From the IMG/VR virus record IMGVR_UViG_3300017917_003866, positions 1 through 64,000 of that record: a stretch of 64,000 bases of DNA, one strand, 5' to 3'. Source of the DNA: a virus. Below are positions 59,277-64,000 of this stretch, one piece after another (position 1 is the stretch's first letter; each line of letters opens with the position of its first letter). Under the pieces are notes generated by a model. It did not search any database and had not been told where the DNA came from. It saw nothing but the letters and a program-made list of their open reading frames with translations. A program made the position numbers and the translations under genes.

Positions 59277-61294
59277 TGCCTGGAATAAAATATTTATCGG
59301 ACATATACGAGAAAAAAGGAAAGTCCTTTATTGAGAATCTTTTCAATAAAAATTTAACAGTAACTGAAAATTTGGATGGTCCATCTTTTTCTTTCGAGCG
59401 AGATTTTACTGGAGACAATATATCTTTTTATAAAAAAGATCAAGATAATCCTATAACTAAGGTTGATAGGATTTTAATGAGATATTACGAAAAACCTATA
59501 AGTTATATAGAATCTATATCTCCTGAAATTATGAATCAGCTTCCTAAGGGATGGAGATTCGGAATGATTTATTTTCCGAATACTAAGCCTGTTAGAATAG
59601 AGTATGATAGAATACCAAAAAACCATTTAATACTAACACATGTAATGGTTAGGGATGAGTTTGGTGAAATTATAGATAATATCCAAGACAAAAGTGAATT
59701 GGACGAATGGGCTGATAAATTAGGCGTTGAAAGATCTCCTATTATTTTTCAAGGGAAGTTAAATAGAGATCAGAAGATATCCATAATGGATTTTCTTTCT
59801 ACCCCTCTTATGGATTTAAAAAATAAATTTAAAACCGAGAGTTTTACCAAATATCTAATATCTATTTTAAATAAAAATGTTGAATCCACCACATTAGGAA
59901 AGGATTTACAGGGTGAAATAGATTCTCTAGTTTTTAGATTTGAAGACGAGGAGGGAAAGGAAGAGACTGTTTTAGCAAAAATGGTAGATCCGGTTTTCCA
60001 TGAAATAAATAAAAGCAGAAAGGTTACTCAGACCTCTTATTTTCCTAGTGATGTTTATTCTTTATGTCTTATAGACGTAATGAATTTTATATTAGAGACT
60101 GGAGTAGAAAATTTTATAGCTTATGGAAATGACCCAGAGGAAAGATACATTGGTTTTGTTTTCGATGTATTTAAAAAATTCATATACGAGGAGGGAGAAA
60201 AATACGTAGGCGCAGATTTTCAAAAACCAGAGTATTTAAAAAGCGAGGGGTTTGAAATAAATAAGGATCTAATAAAAGATGATGAGGTATTAAAGTTTAT
60301 TGAGGATGACGAAGTTTATATAGACATACTTCAAATGATACTTAATTCATTTAGAAAGCTCAAAAGAAAACCTCATGGATTTTTCACAGAAGGCCTAATA
60401 CAGCAGTTTAATATGTTAGTAGAAGAAATAGCTAATTATATAAATGCTAAGAAAAAAGAGCTTGTAGAGGAATCTTTAGGGGTTCCAAGTTTTGTATGGT
60501 TTAAAAAAGTTGGAGCTAGATTTAATCCTATATTAAATGAAGAAGAGAGCGAAGATGAATATGAAGAATTGGAGGAGATAATAGATGGTACACTTCCTGA
60601 TAATATCGTTCCACTTAACGAGTCTGAAGATAATTCTCTTCTAAAAAAAGAGGATGATTCAGATAATAAAGACACCTCAGAATTTTTCTCGTTTAAAGAT
60701 TTTAAAAAAGTAGTATCTACTCATAAGGAAAAAAGAAAAATAAAGATATTGAACGAAAATAATAGTAAGGTAAATATAGTAATTGGGAAATTTCAACCAT
60801 TTAATAATGGGCACTTAAAAATGTGTACAAGATTAAAGAAAGAAAACAATTTACCAGTTTTTCTTTGTGTAGTACATCCAGGAAGCGAGCCTGGTTCTAA
60901 ATATCCCTTCTCGGAGGATTTGATAAAAAAATCAATAGGATCTTTAACATCAGAGAATAATAAATTATTTGCTGGGTACGAAATAATACCATCTAATCTT
61001 TTGGAGGATGCCATAAATTCAGTTGCAAAACATGCTAATCCTGCTTCAATTTGCATAGGGGAAAGAGATTTTGAAAATATGGTTTTACAGAGAGAATGGG
61101 TAAGAAACAAATACGATTTAGAAGGAGGAGATATAGAAATATACAAAACCCCCCAATGGTCTAATAATAATGATATTAGAAAATCTATAAAAGATGGTGA
61201 CTTTCAACAATTTAAAAGCAAAGTACCTAAATCTATAGCAGTTCTTTTCAATGAATTTACTAAACAAATAAACGGTTCTGAGGAGGATATATAA
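59276..61294 (+). CDS. RNA-ligase-like N-terminal domain fused to a HIGH-family (cytidylyltransferase/NMNAT-like) domain, both with substituted catalytic motifs
   Basis: VTENLDG (cf. EKxDG), PIIFQG, LAKMVDP; C-terminal IVIGKFQPFNNGH (cf. GRFQPxHxGH), KYPFS, IGERD. Confidence 0.6.
   Translation: MPGIKYLSDIYEKKGKSFIENLFNKNLTVTENLDGPSFSFERDFTGDNISFYKKDQDNPITKVDRILMRYYEKPISYIESISPEIMNQLPKGWRFGMIYFPNTKPVRIEYDRIPKNHLILTHVMVRDEFGEIIDNIQDKSELDEWADKLGVERSPIIFQGKLNRDQKISIMDFLSTPLMDLKNKFKTESFTKYLISILNKNVESTTLGKDLQGEIDSLVFRFEDEEGKEETVLAKMVDPVFHEINKSRKVTQTSYFPSDVYSLCLIDVMNFILETGVENFIAYGNDPEERYIGFVFDVFKKFIYEEGEKYVGADFQKPEYLKSEGFEINKDLIKDDEVLKFIEDDEVYIDILQMILNSFRKLKRKPHGFFTEGLIQQFNMLVEEIANYINAKKKELVEESLGVPSFVWFKKVGARFNPILNEEESEDEYEELEEIIDGTLPDNIVPLNESEDNSLLKKEDDSDNKDTSEFFSFKDFKKVVSTHKEKRKIKILNENNSKVNIVIGKFQPFNNGHLKMCTRLKKENNLPVFLCVVHPGSEPGSKYPFSEDLIKKSIGSLTSENNKLFAGYEIIPSNLLEDAINSVAKHANPASICIGERDFENMVLQREWVRNKYDLEGGDIEIYKTPQWSNNNDIRKSIKDGDFQQFKSKVPKSIAVLFNEFTKQINGSEEDI
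61286..61293 (+). promoter_or_regulatory. Putative late promoter GATATATA
   Basis: Overlaps the upstream stop codon, 18 nt before ATG 61312. Confidence 0.5.
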
Positions 61295-61311
61295 AATAAT
61301 TAAATGGAGAA

Positions 61312-62169
61312 ATGAAAAGAATATTATCCTTCAGCGATTTTGCTATTTTTGAATATAACGGTTTTGGATACTCAGCTAATAATTTAAATGAAGCTGTTTA
61401 TCTAGACGAGAGAAATAAAACTCCACATAATCCAGATGCTCTTAAAAAAATGAGGGCGTGTGTTTTTTTACTTAATGCTTCATATCCGTTTTTTGCTTCT
61501 ATGTTATCTAGATTATTAATCAGAGAAAATAGAAATCTTAGATTTAAAACAATGGCAACCGACGGGGTTAGTATACATTACGACCCGGATTTTGTTCTTG
61601 CCCATACAGACGAAGAAATAATATGGGTAATCGCACACGAAGTTTTACATAACACCCTAGTTCACTTTCTAAGATGTCCTAAGGATAAAACAAAAGCTGG
61701 TGTATGGAATGTCGCTGCAGATTATGCTCTGAATCAACTCTTAACCCCAATAGATCCAGCAACAGCGGATACTACTAAGCCCACACCTGCTGGAAAAGGA
61801 GGGATAGGAAAAATGGTAGAGGGATCACTTTATCCTGGATGTGGACACGTTCCTTATGATTATGAGTTTGTAAATAGGACTGCGGAATGGATATACAACA
61901 AACTCCTGGAAAATGGATATGTACCGGAACCTGGTGATGATCCTAAACCTACACCACCACCACCGCCACCACCAAAAGATCCCATAGTTGGAGATATTAT
62001 ATACGATCCAGGAAATCAATCTTATGGGATAGTTAAATCTATAGACGAAAATTCTGGAGATCTTGAATATGACCCGATACCTAAAGAAAAAGTAAAAGAA
62101 TATTTAAAAAGAAAATCTAAAGGTGAAAATATCTTAGGTGATGACATAGAAAAAGAACTAGACTTCTAA
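61312..62169 (+). CDS. Putative zincin metallopeptidase domain (DUF2201_N-like)
   Basis: YPFFASML, TMATDG..IHYDPDF, IAHEVLH (HExxH at 61636-61650), WNVAADYALN, TAEWIYNKL. Confidence 0.8.
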   Translation: MKRILSFSDFAIFEYNGFGYSANNLNEAVYLDERNKTPHNPDALKKMRACVFLLNASYPFFASMLSRLLIRENRNLRFKTMATDGVSIHYDPDFVLAHTDEEIIWVIAHEVLHNTLVHFLRCPKDKTKAGVWNVAADYALNQLLTPIDPATADTTKPTPAGKGGIGKMVEGSLYPGCGHVPYDYEFVNRTAEWIYNKLLENGYVPEPGDDPKPTPPPPPPPKDPIVGDIIYDPGNQSYGIVKSIDENSGDLEYDPIPKEKVKEYLKRKSKGENILGDDIEKELDF

Positions 62170-62178
62170 TTTACCAAT

Positions 62179-63150
62179 ATGAAAGCTAAAATAACAGATA
62201 TAAGAATACAGGAATTACCGGAATCAGGTACAGGTACAGGTACAGGAACTCCATCTCCAGAAAATGTTGATCGATGGGGAGAAGACGTACAGGATAATGA
62301 TGTACCAGAAAGAAATCCTGATGGTACATTAGAGGATTCAGAATTTAAAAGAGTCGATAGCCCAGGACCATCAGCTCCAGAGGGGTATAACCCAGGAGAA
62401 ATACTCAGACCTGGTGAACTTGGAGATCTTGGAGGTGATTCTGGATTAAACGGAGAAAGCTTAGCTGAGGAATGGGAGGATATTTCTAGATTAGCTGAGA
62501 AAACAGCAGGTAATATACCAGGATCTCTTAAAAGAGCTTTGGCTAAGATTAAGAAGCCAGTAGTAGATTGGAAAGCTGAACTAGCTAAGTATATAGACGA
62601 GGCTATATCTAAATCTAAATACACATTACCTGCTAGAAGATTCCTTGGAGCAGGAAAAGCTCAGTATGGATATAAGAGATACAAGGAGGATTTCGAAAAT
62701 GTGGTGGTTGCTATAGATACATCAGGGTCTATTACTAGGGATATGATAGAACAATTCCTTGGCGAGGTTATGAAAATAACTGATGTTTATACTCCACAAA
62801 AAACTGTAATATTATATTGTGATACTCAGGTTTATGAACCGGATATATTAGAGCCAGGAGATTTACCAGATCTTAATAAAATAGCTGGTGGGGGTGGGAC
62901 TTATTTTTGGCCTCCTTTTAAATGGGTTCAAAAAAATATGATGGAAGAGGGTGAAAAACCTACAATATTTATATACTTTACTGACGGGGAAGCTACATTC
63001 CCTTCTGAGCAGGATTATGATATTGCGGATTATTCTGATAGATGTATCTGGGTATTTGTTACATTCAACGATCAGCCTTACCCTAATCCACAGCCTTTCG
63101 GAGAAAGAATAGACATTGTTCTTGCTAATAAGAACGCGAAAAGAATATAA
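62179..63150 (+). CDS. VWA-like domain protein (DUF2201 C-terminal-like)
   Basis: PVVDWK..L, PARRF, VVAIDTSGSI (MIDAS), YCDTQV, GGGGTYF.PPF, YFTDG. Confidence 0.85.
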   Translation: MKAKITDIRIQELPESGTGTGTGTPSPENVDRWGEDVQDNDVPERNPDGTLEDSEFKRVDSPGPSAPEGYNPGEILRPGELGDLGGDSGLNGESLAEEWEDISRLAEKTAGNIPGSLKRALAKIKKPVVDWKAELAKYIDEAISKSKYTLPARRFLGAGKAQYGYKRYKEDFENVVVAIDTSGSITRDMIEQFLGEVMKITDVYTPQKTVILYCDTQVYEPDILEPGDLPDLNKIAGGGGTYFWPPFKWVQKNMMEEGEKPTIFIYFTDGEATFPSEQDYDIADYSDRCIWVFVTFNDQPYPNPQPFGERIDIVLANKNAKRI

Positions 63151-63155
63151 AAATA

Positions 63156-63163
63156 GATATATA
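63156..63163 (+). promoter_or_regulatory. Putative late promoter GATATATA
   Basis: Intergenic, 14 nt before ATG 63178. Confidence 0.55.
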
Positions 63164-63177
63164 AAATAAAAAAAATA

Positions 63178-64000
63178 ATGGGAAAGAGAATTTATAATTT
63201 TGACGAGTTTGTAAATGAATCCTATATGAATGAGGGATTTTTCTCTGATCTAGGTTCAAAAATATCTACTTGGGCAAAAAATTTATATAACGCTGTTAAA
63301 TCTGGTATTGTTAGATTAATATCTTCAGGTCCTAAATCAGGAACCCCGAGAGTTGCTCTATTTGATGATTCAAAAAGTGAATCTATATTAGATCAGGTTA
63401 ATAATTTTTATAAAGGAACTGAGTACTATAATATGAATAACCTGCAAATTCCAGAGACTATGCAGGAGAGTTTCCTATGGGAAGATGCAGTTCCTCTAGA
63501 GTATCCTATGAAGGATGATATTCCTAATTATAGCGAAGCCGAAATAAAAACGGATATCAAGAGAAGCATGAGAGAAATCTTTAGGATAGCTGATGAAATG
63601 GATGCTGCCGCACAATCTGGAGCTAGCGAAGATGAGATAGATGATATTTACAGAGGTATATTAGATGTTAAGCCTATATTTATATACGGAGCTCCTGGAA
63701 TTGGTAAAACACAAATTGTAGCTCAAGTATGCGATGAACTAGGAAAAGAACTATATGGTCACAAGCTTTCATTAGTTAACGTAGATGGTGAAAACGCAGA
63801 GCCTGTAGATTTTGCTGGTGTACCTAGTGTAGTAGACATCGAAACTCCATCTGAAGAAAACCCTATCGGTAGAGGAGTTACAAGATCTAATATTAATGCA
63901 GATATATTACCTTACGATAACGGAAGAAACGGAAAAGGAGGTATAATATTTATTGACGAGCTAAATAGGATGCCGGAAGAGGTTATCAAAATATTTATGA
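63178..64000 (+). CDS. MoxR-like AAA+ ATPase, 3'-truncated by the window end (not in the ORF track)
   Basis: Read directly: MGKRIYNFDEFVNESYMNEG...PIFIYGAPGIGKT (Walker A, 63688-63711)...EPVDFAGVP...GGIIFIDELNR (Walker B). Confidence 0.88.
   Translation, partial: MGKRIYNFDEFVNESYMNEGFFSDLGSKISTWAKNLYNAVKSGIVRLISSGPKSGTPRVALFDDSKSESILDQVNNFYKGTEYYNMNNLQIPETMQESFLWEDAVPLEYPMKDDIPNYSEAEIKTDIKRSMREIFRIADEMDAAAQSGASEDEIDDIYRGILDVKPIFIYGAPGIGKTQIVAQVCDELGKELYGHKLSLVNVDGENAEPVDFAGVPSVVDIETPSEENPIGRGVTRSNINADILPYDNGRNGKGGIIFIDELNRMPEEVIKIFM

Noticed and set aside
15270-62624. Many 60-160 aa minus-strand ORFs (for example 15270, 18651, 47995, 60793, 62166)
   Set aside because: All lie antisense to long + strand genes and have no recognisable motifs; expected shadows.
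1-64000. Stop-codon reassignment (TAG/TGA recoding as in some Bacteroidota phages)
   Set aside because: Standard code gives intact multi-kb ORFs and near-complete coding density; TAG ends genes at natural boundaries (for example uvsW at 57348).

Overview
Strongly AT-rich, densely coded fragment of a large T4-like (myovirus, probably jumbo) bacteriophage, read with the standard code. All convincing genes are on the + strand except phoH. A Bacteroidota host is inferred from the A-rich, Shine-Dalgarno-poor start regions, the SIS-only KdsD and the Bacteroidota-type beta-propeller repeats. Layout: (1) 1-5.6 kb, nucleotide-sugar/glycan cassette (methyltransferases, fcl, gmd, kdsD, kdsA, GT2); (2) 5.7-7.5 kb, small genes including a Nudix hydrolase; (3) 7.5-52.4 kb, baseplate/neck/fibre module (gp53-, gp5-, gp13-, gp25-, gp6-, gp7-, gp3-like and several very large proteins), interrupted by a ribosomal protein S1-like gene, a degenerate amidoligase, an inverted phoH and a spanin-like membrane protein; (4) 52.4-57.3 kb, replication/recombination (RuvC-like, gp32 SSB, primase, UvsY, UvsW); (5) 57.4-64 kb, a probably late-expressed cluster whose proteins carry motifs resembling the T4 capsid-targeting sequence, including a ligase/nucleotidyltransferase fusion with altered active sites and a metallopeptidase-VWA-MoxR AAA trio. 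Two candidate promoter classes are visible: GATATATA before virion-type genes and GAAAYT-N17-TAYAA before non-structural genes. No tRNA, rRNA, CRISPR array or mobile element was recognised. All assignments come from motif recognition by eye; no searches were run.
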